Shown here one piece after another: positions 25,401-40,700 of a DNA stretch of 64,000 bases (positions are counted from its first letter, which is position 1; the number at the start of each line of letters is the position of its first letter). A program made the translations under genes and the position numbers. Source of the stretch: the human T2T-CHM13v2.0 reference genome, Homo sapiens; NCBI RefSeq assembly GCF_009914755.1, contig NC_060930.1, one strand, 5' to 3'. The notes under the pieces are model-generated. The model was not told the DNA's origin. It was given only the letters and a program-made list of their open reading frames with translations, and searched no databases.

Positions 25401-27939
25401 AAAATTTGATTTCGTATAATATGCTGAGAATTTCTCTACAAGATATTTATTTTTCAAATGTAACCATATTGCAATTTAATGATGTGTTATTATGGTCTTG
25501 CACTGTATGGTTTCTCCCACTCTCTCCCAACTGTGTCTTGCCATTTACCTACTTACTCCTTACCCACTGGGTTGTCAGTTCCTCACATACCACCAGCTCT
25601 TTTCTACGTGCAAATTCTTCTGCTTGGCACAATGTTAACCACACTTTTCATGGCTTGCAGCATATAGTGCCTTAGATTGTTATTTTAATATACTCTTTTA
25701 AGAGGCTCAGACATCTCTACCTGGTTTCAGACTCATGGTTCATTTCCTTTTACATATCTTTATGTTGCTTGAATACTGCAAGACTTCTCTAAGCCACAGG
25801 AATAACGTCATATTCACAGTAATTGAAAAACCACAGGAAAATATTTGGTGGCTTCAATAGTGCACAGGCCACACAAGGCTTTAATAGCTCTTCCTCAGGC
25901 TCCCTGTGCAGCTCTATTTACTGCTATGCACCTTCGTGATATGGGGAACTGACTCCAGAACTTGCTGTCTCAGAGAAATCTTTTAAAAGAAAGTGCACAG
26001 TCTCTATTCCTAAAGCAGTGGTCCTATTTACTCTCCTTTGATTTATGCCACTTGGGATAGAGATTTTAACAACTTATGGGGCAAGACTCTTCAAAGAGCC
26101 CTAGCCATTCAACTTTAATTTTTTCCTATGTCTATTTTCTGCCTCCTGCTAGTAGGATCTAAATCTAGTCTGAGAAGTTATATGGACACAACAATCTTCC
26201 TAAAGCCTCCTGTTTCCAACTTAGAAAAAATTTTCATGTTCAAAACAAAAATTGATGTCTTTGCCTTATGATCTCAACTTTATAACTTTTCTTGGGAAAA
26301 CCATAGTCTGGCCAAGTAGGAAGTCAAGTACAACAAATTCGACAAAACACAGAAAAACAAAACACAGGAATTGAGGAAACACAATTGTTGAAATTTCACT
26401 TTGTCTGCCTGACCACACCTCTTTCCATCTTTTTCTAGTGTATCATTTTGTACTTTAAGTTCCTTTAGGGATGTGAATTTATCCTTTCATTTTCACCTCC
26501 TTAAGCCCAAGATAATCTGTAGCACACAGTAGGTGAGGTGAGCAATAATGTATGAAAAGGATGTTATTTAACAAATAGTCTTAAAGAAAATAACATTATT
26601 TGAAAAAACAAATAAAGTCTCATATTATTAAAATAGTTTCTCTCTCTGGATAAATAAGTGATAGATTAGATAGACAAAGAGGTAGCTAGATAGATATGTA
26701 TCGTGTGTGTGTATGTATGTGCACACGATGGAACTTTAAATCTCCTACCTAACAAACTTAGGAAATTTTAATAATCCTTGTATAAAACTGGAGTGGAAAA
26801 GTCTACAAAATATAAAAATTGAATTTACTAAAATAATAGACCTGATTATATAAACTATGTTTCCGCAAATTAAAACACCATGCACAAAATTTAAAATAAG
26901 TAAATGTGTAAAATATAATAGACAATGAACAATCACTATTCTTAGTAAATAAAAAAGTATTTTACAAATCAAAAGTAATTTATTTCCACTTTGAGCTTAA
27001 GTATTAAGCCTATTAACTCACTCATTTCCCTTCACAAATTCCACTGAGAAAAAAAGAAAATTTCAAAACAAAGTCATGATCAAAAAACGAAACAGTTCAG
27101 ATAGACAAAGGCAAACATTGGTGGTTCTCTGGAAAGCACAGAGTAAATAACATCTGATTGAAGGGAAAATTCAGCAGAGCTCAGAAACTCCTGCCTTGGT
27201 GGCAACAGAGGAAATTTTAAGATAATTTAATAGACAGGTGTTACCAATAGATTTGTAGAAGAAACCCTGAGCTCTGAGAAAGCAGGGTTCTGGTAACAAA
27301 TCTGCCATATTTGTTGTTGAAAGTCTCCGGTTTTTCTAGGTGAAAAGGGCCTACTAATTGCTAGACAAATTTTTTTTAAAGAAGAAACAATAACAGATGC
27401 ATCCTCATAAAACTTCTGAACTAAAAAGATAAAACCTTTGAAAGCTTTCTGAAAGAAAAAGCAGCTATCTTACAACACAAAAAATCTAAGATTAACAATA
27501 AATTTGTCAGTAAGAAATATTTGAAAACCATGGAATAATTTCTTAGAGTTCTGGAAAAAGATGATTTTAAACAAAAATTATATTCAGTCAAATTATCACT
27601 TAGTTGATTATGCAAGTGTGAACTCAGGTATAAACTTAATTAAAGAAATTTATCTTTGAGAACCATTACTTTGGCTTTTTAAAAAGATTAATAAGATAAA
27701 CTTCTGAAAAACAAAAGAGCACTAAAAATATGGAAAAATATGAGGCAGGTAAAGAGAACTTAAAAAATAAGATTATAGACAAATTATACCGACATATTGT
27801 TGCTACCTAAGAACATTAAAATAAATGTAATCCAAGTGGAGAGAAAAAATTTTAATGGGCTTACATCTATAAATGGAATTAAAACTATTATTAGAGATCT
27901 ATTCAGTCAAAAGTACCAGATTTTACATCAGGCTTATAC

Positions 27940-28332
27940 CAGAACTTATAGAATTGAAAGTGGTTACCAAGGGCTGGAAGAGGGAAAATGGATAATTGTT
28001 CAATTTTTATGAAACTTCAGCTATACAAGACGAATAAGTCCTAGGGATCAACTGTATATAGCACAGCACCTAGAGTTAACAATATTGTATTATGTACTAA
28101 CAAATTTGTTAAAATGTGAGATCGCATGTTCAGTGTTTTAACACAAAAAAAAAAGAAAAAGAAAAAAGGTATGCAAGGAAACTTTTGAAAGTGGTAGATA
28201 TGTCTATTACCTTGATTGCGGTGGTTGTTTCATGTGTGTGTATGCATATGTCAAAACTCATCAAATTTTATATATTAGATGTGTATAGTTTTTAAAAGAC
28301 CAGTTATACCTCAATAAACCTGTGTTTTTAAA
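27940..28332 (+). mobile_element. L1MA9/L1MB1-like 3' UTR
   Basis: GTGGTTACCAAGGGCTGG...GTTAACAATATTGTATTATGTACT...GGAAACTTTTGAAAGTGGTAGATATGTCTATTACCTTGATTG...TTATACCTCAATAAA. Confidence 0.85.
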
Positions 28333-28518
28333 AGTAGTTGTGTGTTTATTCTATTTGTCTTTCTTTAATTTGAGGCAATTTGTATCCTGTTTCAAGGATT
28401 TGAAATAAAAATGTGGCATATAGATTTAGTAAAGACAAGGTTTTAAAAATAGGTCCATTTACATTCCCACCCCCCCACCCAGGTGAATCTAGAATTGAGA
28501 ATTATAAATTTGTTCTTT

Positions 28519-28688
28519 TTGTTTAGTTTTGTTTTTGTTTTTGAGACGGAGTCTCACTCTGTAGCCCAGGCTGGAGTGCAGTGGAGCGATCTCGGCTCAC
28601 TGAAAGCCCCGCTTCCCAGGTTCACGCCATTCTCCTGCCTCAGCTTCCCGAGTAGCTGGGACTACAGGCACCCGCCACCACACCCGGC

Positions 28689-28719
<31 letters not shown>

Positions 28720-28867
28720 TTTTTAGTAAAGACGGTGTTTCACCGTGTTAGCCAGGATGGTCTCTATCTCCTGTCCTCATGATCCGCCCTCCTTGGCCTC
28801 CCAAAGTGCTGGCATTACAGGCCTCCCAAAGTACTGGCATTACAGGCATGAGCCACCGTGCCCGGCC
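28519..28867 (-). mobile_element. AluY
   Basis: Y diagnostics TTCACGCCATTCTCC and CACCGTGTTAGCCAGGATGGTCTC; 15-bp TSD ATAAATTTGTTCTTT at 28504-28518 and 28868-28882. Confidence 0.95.
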
Positions 28868-28938
28868 ATAAATTTGTTCTTTAAGTATTATTTTCCCAGA
28901 AGCACATTTCTTATATTCTAAAAGGCAAAAGAAAACAA

Positions 28939-29357
<419 letters not shown>

Positions 29358-32149
29358 TTAGTTTCAGTATAAACTATATCAGGTTATTACCAATGTATTA
29401 AAGAGCAAAATATTCATATCTAAGTGATATGGACTACTTATAAAATATGACTATTGTTAAAATCATGTTTTTCTACAAATAATTGTATTCTATGACTACA
29501 GAAAAGTTTTAAGATGCATATCCTTTATTCATTTAACATATAAGTATCATTGTTCTATGCTAGATATTTAATGATAATCAAAAACTAATACCATCTGTTT
29601 TGGTGGAAGTGGCAGTCTATTTGTAGAGTAATTATTAGTATGTATGCATGTAAACAAATGTAAAATTGCAAATAACATGAGTTTGGAAATGAAAAGTTAT
29701 GCATACGCAAAATAACTAAAATAGAAGGATCAAACCTAACCTGGGGAGAAATGATCCTGTGGCAATTAAATCCTAACTGTGATCTAAAGAGAAACCCAAG
29801 AGCTTTTGCAACACACACAGTCCTCAGTACACAGCACTGAATAAAGACGAATACATTTAGTTGCTTCAATAAATGAATCAGTCAGAGAAATATATTACCC
29901 CGACACCATTTATGTATTGACACAAAGAGAAAAAGCTAATATTTGTATGGCATATGAACGAAGGGACAAGAATGGGTGCATCTGAAGCAACTAACCCATG
30001 GGCCCTTCCAGGTGCTGGGCAGTCACCTTGAAGACTAGGGATCCAGTTCACATCAAGTGAAAAGGTCTGGACTAGAATGCAAACTCCTCAAGAAAAGTAG
30101 CCTTTCCAGTTTTTTTTCCTATTCACAGCTGTATCTTCACAGTGCTTCCTTTTCTAGCATAAATAATTCCCTGAGATTACACATTCCATTACGGTGCACG
30201 TTAGGAACTTACCTAAAGTGCTCCTTTTCTTATTTGATTGGTGAAATCATATATTTGAAATAAACAAATTTCTTTCAAAATTTAATGTTTTAAATCCTTA
30301 AAAAGGGATATTGGCATTCAATTTCAGCCAGTGCACATGAAGTTCATTTTCAGAATCCAAATTTATTGTGTCTAATGAAGGTAAGGTACGAGAGACAATA
30401 TAGAAAAGTATAAAACATGGTTCTTGCTTTTGATGTGGTTGTGTAATAAATCATAAATATGCATGCCACTTTTAAGCAAAATTAAATAATACAATAGATT
30501 AAACATATTCAATTTAAGAATAAGTGCTGGATAAGTGGCTTATAAATAATAAATCACCTGAGTTGAAAAGGGAACACATCACACTGAAGGCTAAAATGAT
30601 TTGAGGAAAATCCCTACAGCTTATAATGGTGAAGGGAAGAATGGATCCGAAGCGACTAAAGCATGTTAGGAGTAGAAAGGACAATAGAAACGAAGGAAAA
30701 TTTTATGATTATCTGAAAGTCTAAATGCACATTCAAAAAATTATAAGCATCAGTACCATTCAAAAACCAAGGAAATTAGAAAAATAAACAAACTTAAATA
30801 AATATAACCTATTGGCTATTCCACATACCCACAACTTATTTAGTAACATTTCTATACTAGAACAAAATCAACCATATGCATTGAAAGCAATGAATCCTAT
30901 GATAAATTCTAGAATTTTAATTCAGGAATTATGAGATGCTTTATAAAGTCACATAAACAAGAAGTTCTCATGTTTAGATTTTTGCCAAATGCAAGATATG
31001 TGTTTTAATATGCTTAGTTTTTTTTTTAATGCAAGAAGAAAAGGGTAGTATCCCGCCTCCCACCCACCCCAGCCAAGTAATTTAAGATGTTTTGCTATCA
31101 CCTTCATTGTTTATCTTAAAGTTATAGACATGTTTTCTACATCCAGACATCCAGTCTCTCCAGAAATACACAGCCACAGCAAAGACTCTCATACAGAAAT
31201 GTCTTTCTTAGGGATGATGATTCTAGAGGAAAATTTTGAACTTCAATTTGCCATGAAATTGTATCACATTATGGTTAATGACACATTAATTTCACATTTT
31301 CTGTCACATTTTCTTTAGAATCTCAGCAATGTTTAAAACCAAGTGAATTTTCTAGATGAGAAATGCACTGCAATGTACTTTAAAAAAAAGAACACCTAGA
31401 AAATATAAGTACATGGGTGTCTACCGTTTATCCTCTCTGCTAAATAAGAGTAAGTATTCAATCCTCCAAACATTTAATGTTAGCTCAATCATTAGTGGAA
31501 ATGCACTAGACTACTACAATATTTTTGTTAATTTGTTTAAATAAAACAAAAATATTTTTTAAAAATCTTACTTCCTTTTCATGGCACATGGCTTTTTAAA
31601 GCAAAATTTAACTTACAGAAACTAAATCTATTAAGATAATACTTGCATTTATTTGTGATTTTACATAATTTCTTTCTGGCTAATGTTTTCCAGAAAATTT
31701 CTTTGGATAGTTGCTGTTGGAACATGAGTTCTTGCTAGAGTGAGATGACCCTAACTCTCTATTGACCTGGATGAAATAGAAGTATTCACAATTCTCAAGA
31801 CTATGTAGATTCCAAGACCAAACAGAATTTTTCACAGTATTTAAAGAAAAAAAAAAAAAGCTCTCTCTAGTGCCTACTAAACACTTCAAAGGATCCTGCG
31901 AGGGTCCAATGGGATCTCATCCTCCTTGTTTGAATTATTTTAGAATTGGGAACCATGAACATAGCCTTACATGAGAGAGAGATAAATAATGCACATTTTT
32001 ATTTTCAGAATTTTACATTTAGTGTGATTCCCTTACATTCTCTATTTCTTTGCAGGATTAAAATCAACATGGGAGGTATAAAAATATGTTTTAGCAGCAA
32101 ACACTCTTTCCTTAGGAATCAAGAAAGCAGAGTACAACCCGGAGAGCCT

Positions 32150-32335
32150 TAAACCAGGACTTTGCTCCACCCTGACACGAGGTAGGGATGTTTCCTGGAT
32201 TTTCTCTTTTCGCATTTCCTCATATGGAAATTGAGAAATAAGGGACATATGTTCTGTCTATTTTTTTAATAATTATTGTGAGAATCATGAAAGGGAATAT
32301 TTTGGGAGAAAAACTTTGTAAACTGCAAGGTACTG
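32150..32335 (+). mobile_element. MIR
   Basis: Core-like CATTTCCTCATATGGAAATTGAGAAATAA...ATTATTGTGAGAATCA...ACTTTGTAAACTGCAAGGTACT. Confidence 0.55.
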
Positions 32336-35300
32336 AATAAATCTTTAAGCTATAATTTCTTAAAATGCAAATCTCAAAAATCACTGATAGTGATGAAAAA
32401 AAAAAGTTGGTGAATTGCCACCTCCTGACAATGTGGTAATATGCTCAATACAAGCACATCTCATCCTGTAGGTGAATCCTTGGTACTTTCTAAGTTTAGT
32501 CTATTCTCCTCTTTTTAAATAAATTCAGCAGTCTGTGCTATTATACTAACTATATTCTTTGCAGTACGGAACTTAAAAAAAATCCGCACATAAAAATACA
32601 CAAGCTTTTCAAATCTCACACAGAAATTAGATTTGGACTGCAGCTCTGAGACCTATTACTCAATATTTATTAAGATAGACATGTGATTTAAAACTAAGAT
32701 GAGGACAGAAAATGCAATCATTATCCATCTATTTGGCATGTCTGTGAAAAGCTATTATGACCTGTTTCATTACACCTTTTCATTATGCTATTTACTGTGC
32801 TAATTGAGACTGTAATGTTGGAGATACAGAAAGGATTCCTTAAACACATAGCATATACAAGAATAAATAAGACAGTGCACTTAAGGACTTACTTTTATGC
32901 TATAGTACAGAATTACTCATGAAAGCTCACAAAGTAAAGACAGATGATTGTCATTTAAGAATAGAGAAGGGTGACAAGTATGTCTCCTTTATGCATTTGA
33001 TCACTTCATTAACAAATTGCCAATCAAGTCAGAATCACTCCTCAAAACCAAAGCCTTCACCTATCAGAAATGTAACTAGGATCACCTTGAGTTGGAACTG
33101 CCTAAGAGACTCCTTTGTTCCCTCCATACTGCTATACTTGCCCTTGATGTCAGAAACATTTTTCAAAACATGAAGCCTTTATTTCATAATTTTAGTTGTG
33201 GCTCAATGTGCATTTTTTTATTTTTATAAAAAAAAACTTTGCAAATTAACTTGATTAAATTTCTCAAAAACAATTCAAAACTTATAAAATAAAACAGAAA
33301 TAATACTTTTAATTTATGTCAATGGAATATGACAACAGCTTTTTTAGGTGAACATTTAATGTGTACAAGTTTTGCTGACAAAGGTATTTCCTCCTTAAAA
33401 GTTACATTTCATGGTAATGGATTTTTAAATAGGTGATTAATGTTTTTGACAAGCCTGAAATTTCTGGAAATGTTCTCTCATTCATTGGAACAAAACGATT
33501 TAGCATGAATCTTTGGGTCATGATATTCAGAAGTCTTCAAAAAAAATCTGAAGCAAGTTTTTCAACTCTTATTTTTAGATGAAGTAAATATGCTTAGGTT
33601 AAACTTAACTGGCTGCATTCAGCATTCTACAGAAGGAGTGAAATATTATTTGTGACTTTAACTCTTGCTTAATGGTTTACAAAATATAATACGAATTTCA
33701 AGATTTCACTTCAAAATACAGACACTTCATGCTTTCAGAAGGAGAGTTATGTAATAATCAAATATGTCTCTTCATACTTTTAGAAGAGTTATGTAATAAT
33801 CAAAATTGGAGAGCAGTGAGATATTTTGCAGTTTGAAAACTGGCTAATCATGTCAGTTACTTGAAATGAAGTACTTAGCAAAGAAGTCTAATAAAGCTTT
33901 ACATGTTAACAATTCATAAGTCTGTAGTGGACATGTAGCGGCTGCTAACATTTTAACTTTAAATACACAGTGAGCTCAGATTTAAGATTTATTTTGCATG
34001 AGAGGAAAATAATAAATATTCAACCTGTAAATGTTTTAAATACCTGATTTGGATCTTGTTACCACATCAAATAAAGCAGCTCAAGCTTAATTCTTATATA
34101 GCCAAAAAAATATAAAAATTTAAACACACACACACACAGACACACACACACTCTACAATGTTTCTGTTCAACAGCTGACTGAAAATATAAAACGAAGTTC
34201 TGAATTTTGTTTCTAAAGCAATCCAAAAGCATTTAAATATCTACAAATGTTTCTTGAATAATGTGTTAATCTTATCAAATTTAATTTTTAAGAAATTTAG
34301 CATTGTCAGTCTAAATCAAGGGGTAGATATTGGGATTTGTTCTTTTCAGTGATTTATATTCATTTGACAATTAATCATGGATACCTCAGTGCATTTCTTT
34401 GGAATCATATCATATAGCCAACATAAAATTAATATTTTTCTCATAAGGAATCATCTGAAAAAATCCCCTTGCGTGGATTTTATCCCATGCTGTTAAATGC
34501 ATGAATAAATAATGAGGTTCCTTTGATGTAAGTCAGGATTCTGAGGGGAGTGCCTGTGGTATCGCAGAGACAAGTTCCAGGCACACAAATTATTCTTCCT
34601 CAAAAAGTAAAACCCCAGATTTTTTCAGTTGGGAACACTTGGGGGCCACATGTTTAGTCTCTGCATGGCCTGCTGCTGTGTTTTTTGTGACTCCATCATA
34701 AATGATCATCCCTCCACACCTCTCACTCATTACCAACGCAGGTGTGCAGGCAGCAGTGGAAGAGGTGAGGAACAGTCTTCTCCCACAAGTAAGTGTCTCC
34801 CACATCCAGGAGTTTCTTGTCTTTATCACTAGATATGGGGCTTAGGTTTGCCAATATGAGTTCCTTTTAATACTCATGCTTCTTTTCAATGACTGTTATG
34901 TTATTCGTTTTTGAATACCATGCATTATTCCAACATTTCTCTGTTTGCTATGGGCATAGGAGTAGCTTCAGTTTCTTTTAAGTATATACTTTTATGAACT
35001 ACACAACGAGAATCACAACTTATCCCGCCTTCTTCCTCCTCTACTCCTGCACCAGCTACGTACCTTGCTGCTTTTTGTCCACCTGAATTTTCTCCATCTC
35101 CTACTCCTCCCACTTCTATTACTACTGCAGCATTCTGGGTACCTTTAGGTTGCTTTACACAGAGCAGCCTAAGCACTACACATATTTTCAATCATTTGGT
35201 AAATCTTCTTCTTCTGTCCATTTTAGAGATTAAAGGAATAAGATCAACAAGTATAATTAATTTGGCCTTGAGACCATGTAGAGCTAGAACTTGAATACAC

Positions 35301-37234
35301 GTCAGTCCAAAGATTTAGTAGAATTAAATTCTTCTTACTCTGCTATAAGAAACACTGTCCACCCTGTGAAGAATAAGCCCTCCGTTCTAAACTACATTTC
35401 CTTCTATAATCTGTACTCCACTTCTTATAAACTTTTATTTCTCTATTTTTTTCATTCCTGATTCCACACTTTATGACATGTCTTATCAATCTTCCCTCCA
35501 AGGCACTCAGCACTTCATAGCATTAAATAATCTTCACATCCAAAGAACACCATACGCACTTGAAAATGTACATAGAAATATCCTTGAAAATAACTTGCTT
35601 ATTTTTGTTACACACTTTTTGGCACAAATGGGTAGGTTTATGAACTAATATTCTACCTGCTTTATTGTTTTATTTTGAAAACCATAAACTTCCAGGGACT
35701 TCGTGTTTACCTTGGTTACATCACTGTCTAGTCAATACTAGGACACTTAGGTATAATTTAAGATTAAGAGAAAATATAAATGAAAGGTTTAGTGGGTCCT
35801 TGCTCTTCTGTCCTACAAGTAGTAGCTTATTCCCTTTCTAGAACATTATAAGGCAAATTCTAATTTAAAATGTATAAAGTTCATATAAATTCACTCACAA
35901 AATATGTTATGAATGTGGCAATTTGCTAAGGTTAAAGATAAATATAACTGAAGGAAAATTAATATAAAAACACACATTTTTGAAGTCAATTTATTTAGTA
36001 CTTCACTTTCAAAAGATTCTAATTTATTTGCATTCTCTACAGTATCAACAAACATCCTAAATATTAATATTCTTTGACCAAAATGTTAATGTTACCTTTT
36101 TCAAATACCTTAAGATATTTTTACCATTTAACACATTTTCCTTATAGATTATTCATATACATTTTTGTCATTTATATTCATATATTTGAAGGTAGGCAGA
36201 GGAAGATATAATCAACATTAAAAGGTAATTTAAATTCAAAGGAATTACATCACTTTTCTAGTGCCTAAGAGTGGTAGAACCAAGAGTAGAGACTGCAATG
36301 CAGACTTTTTAAGAAAAGTTACTCTAAATTGATATGTCAGTGATGGATATTTTCACAAATTATTGCAGACTTTTGGGTGGCTCACAATTTCCTTTGCCAT
36401 CCTCAGTTATGTCAGTATAGTTCTTCTCTAATTTGGCTTGTAATTTAAATATGCAAATTTCCATAAGAAATGCTCCACAAATATAATTCTATAAGCACAA
36501 TCAAAACCGAGATTGAGTGCTTATTCTATGTGTAACATGACCATGACAGGCATTATGGATGTTAACCAAAAATCATAAAATTCACCTGTTTTGTATCTAT
36601 GCAAAATTGTTTTATGTATTTTATACACATTCCTTCCCAGTTGCTAGATCAGTTATTCTATTTTTATTATAATAGATCAAACTGAGATAAATATGAAAAA
36701 TGAAGAGAAACAACATTTTTTCAAAACTGCATGTAGCATATTTTATTTTATTGGTTAAGTTTTTCATGATTTTATTAAAATTATCACTGTTCTAAAGATT
36801 AATATAATATACCTACATATTTACACACTGGAACATTTATATTCATAGAATAAATATTTGGTGGTGGAATTGATGTAGGAAATATTTGAAAATATCGCAA
36901 GTGTTCTTTTTTAATACCTTAAGATGTTTGCATAAATGTTTCTAGAATTAATTCTATAAGCCTTTAACCAAAAAGCTCAATTCACATGCCAACAGTAGGC
37001 AATTAGATCATACAAATATGTAAAGTGGGCAAGGACATAACAACAGGGATATGGCACAAATTGACGAGTGACTACTCCTACCTTACAGATCAATGAAGTC
37101 TGTTTGAAGGCCTGTGGGCCACAAATAGAGGCTTTTACTGAAGACAGTCTAAAAGCAATTAGTGTGGCACTCATTTGCTAGTTCAAGAGGCTCTCTAGTG
37201 ACCTTGGGGACATACCTGGCATTATTCTAGCAGG

Positions 37235-37790
37235 TTTAAATTCTTTACCTGGATACACACAGCGACATACCACAACATTTTAGGTAGCATTTTTTTAAAC
37301 TGAACATGGCTTAAACTATGCACATTTATTGTCTCACATGACAAAAATCCAGAAAAGAGGTAAGTCCATGGTTGATTAATTCAGAAGATCACCAGTGTCA
37401 GGGATCTCAATCAGCTGCTCTGCACATCTCTTGGTGTCCCCATATGTTTGCAAGTTGTACATCAATACTGCAAGCATCATGTCTCCAAGGCAGTAAGGAA
37501 AATGGGGGCCAAGGTGGGGGGGGGGGCATTTCTTTACATCTCTCTTTTATTAATTCTCTGGCAAAATTCCCTGACTTCTTATTAAACTGAATTGGGTCAG
37601 ATGTTCAACTCCAAATTAATCTTTAATAAAAGAGAAAGGAATTTCCATGGTTTTCACAGAGCAAAAAGTCCTAGAGTGCATAGGGCTCACTTTCTCTTAG
37701 CACATCCTCATCAGTTTCCTAACAAAACCAGATTGTATTAGCAAGAAAATAGGAAGAATCTGTTAGAGGCACAATTGAAAGAGCCAACCA
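37235..37790 (-). mobile_element. MLT1 (K/L-like) LTR relic
   Basis: TGGCTTAAAC...ATTTATTGTCTCACATGACAAAAATCCAGA...CAAGCATCATGTCT...CTGAATTGGGTCAGATG. Confidence 0.6.
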
Positions 37791-40700
37791 GTCTGTTCCC
37801 AAAAGAAGCTTATTTCGTCACAGACATTTTTCTTCAAATTTCTTCAGTATTTTTCCCAATTTTACATAAATTTTGCATCTTTCAGTGAGTAATTCTAAAA
37901 ACTCTCATTTTTTCCCATTTCTATTAGGTGAAAATGGCTATATTCCTTATAAAATAACCAAATTTGGCTCACTCTCTGAACCTCATAGAACTGAGAAGTA
38001 GAGGAGCTAATTTAGTAATTATGTCAAATGTATTATCCAGAATAGCCCACAGCTAAACCAGAGAAATGAAGACCTATGCCCAATCAGACTCATTAACAGA
38101 GGGGTGCTTTGAAGCTCACTATAGAACACCGTTAAGGCTCTTAACCATACCAGAACACCTAAAAGTCTGAAACAAACAAACAAAAAATGTTCCAGGATTG
38201 TCTCCTATATATGAAAAGAAGTTAACCTTAAATACCAATAGGATTCTAGAGTTGAGCAAACCTTGAAAATATACTGAATCAACTTCAGACAGAAGGATTC
38301 CATACAAATATCATTTTTTTCCCAAATCACCACAGCACTGAATTTTCTGGCACTATATCTGTCCTTCTCAAACTAAAAGCCAGGACCCACTGAAGGAACA
38401 ATTTTATTTCAATATTACAAATTTAAATATGTTACCTAACCAGATAAAAGTTTCACAGTTTAGAAAAGGAGAAGATGAAGGAAAAAAGAAAGCCATGGCT
38501 GGCTCGAGATTGAGTTCAGATGCAAAAAACTCCTTGTATCAGATATAGCAGAACACATAGCATCTTACACAACAGTGTATGTATGTATGTACGAATGATA
38601 TTGTGATTCTCTCACATTTTTTTCTCATTGGAGTAGTTGATGGTTTTACATGCAAACCTTATGAGTCACTTCAAAAGCAAGAAACTTTGTGATTTTTCTG
38701 CATTAAAGTTTATTTTAAAGAATAATTATGTAAAAATCACACTGCTCTTGCATTTTCAGTACCCAGATGGAAGATTTAATAATAATATGATAGTTTCTAT
38801 CATTAAATTCCATATTGTGAACCACTGATCATTACATAGGCCTATGGCATATTGTGATTTTCACTTATGTGGGAAATAAAGGTCAAGTTTTAAAAAGTTA
38901 ATTTATATGTCTTTTAAGAATTTAACAAAAGCATTCTTTGAATTTGAAAATATTGATGATATATTTCAATGAAATCATGAAACCATTTCTTTGGTAAAAT
39001 CTAATACCTTCCTACTTGCTATAGTCTCACTTTTTCTTCCTTCAACCTGGAATTATGTTTCAGAAATTTGCAGATTGACATGTATTATAAATCAAACTTC
39101 ATGTACTAACAAAATGACAAGGCACGTATATCATAACCCAGAATTATTGAGATTTAGACAAATAATATTTATACTTAAGGAGGAGCTAATTCATAGGACT
39201 ACATGTCATTGAAAATAGGATTAACCATGAAGATTGAGAGAAGGTGGATGTAATGGCACCAATCCATGGAAAATCCAAAAGGGTGATCATAATGAAGAAA
39301 GAACTGCTGGGTGAAAATTAGAGTCATTGCTCTAAGGATATGCCCTGCAATGAGAAAGAAAATGTCATGCTGGGAATTACACTAACTCATATAAGTTTTC
39401 AAGTGAGTTTAATGGAATTTTTAACTAAAAATATTCTCATTTTACAAGGTAATTCACAAATAAAATATAATTCAAATAAGAGAATTTTGGTTTAAGGGCA
39501 ATTTTGTTAACTAAGAAAGTAAGAATTCATGTGACTGTTAGTGATGGATATGGAGACTTTTTGGGAAAGTATGATTCTTCTTACTCCTTAAAAAACTCTT
39601 CATTTGCTAAAATTAACATAGTATATGACTTTTTTACATGTCCGGTAAGTTAGCATAGGTGTTATATATGCTTTAATAGAATAAGTTATATGTGTATCAC
39701 TGTGAAAACAGACTCCTGTACGCAAAAATGTAGCTGTTGACAGTCTGGTAAAGGTGTGAACAAACCAGCAGGGAGATTCTCCCAATTGAAAATATATTGA
39801 GATTAATTTTTTAAAATATTCATTGCTTCTCAATGTCATATTAGGCACTGTGACTGAGAGGAGAGTCTGCACAGTTTTTATCACATATGCCTTGACTTCA
39901 AGAAAGTATATGCAAGACATGCTCCTCAAGGAAAGATATGGAAAGTTGAACAATTAAAGATGACAAACAATTAAATATAAAATAAATGCTTTAGATCACA
40001 ATTATCCTGTGATGAGAGGGTTTCTCAAAGGTGATCTACAGAATACTTACTAGTTCTGCCAGACACTGAAAAAGTGTTTTGATTAAACACAACTATAAAA
40101 TTTGTCATCTCATACTTCACTCTTAACTTTCACATTAACACACGACATTTCTCAATCTCAGAACTCATATATTAACCAAGCCTGTTTAACCTTAATGGAA
40201 TATTTTCCAAATTGACTTAATGATAAAACACCCAGCATCTACTAACATTTTGTGTAAATACTTTTATTTTCTACACAATTAGGAGATGCCACTAGAGCTG
40301 AGAAGTGAACTAAGACCTTGTAGATCAGTCTTAGTCAGGCATCACTGTGGAGGTGGAACTTCAGCTGAGTCTTGAGGCAGCAAATAATTTTTGTGTTTGC
40401 AGACAGAGGCAAATTTGGAGAATGTTATAGGCAGACGGAAAAGAAACCTAACATTTCAATGTGGAGTTTCAAGGAAACCTTAGAGCTCATCACTCAATCT
40501 TTTCTTTGAACACTATTAGTAATTGGAAAATTACTACTTTGTTTCAGAAATTAATAATGATCTTGTCATAGGTCTGCAAACCTGCAACTTTAGAGAGGTA
40601 GTTAATTCTTTTCCCTTTTGATAGAACTTCCCTTGTGTTCTTCAATTGTCAAACTCTCTCACAAGACTTCTGTTTTGTAAGCTAAATTTGTCCAGATTTT

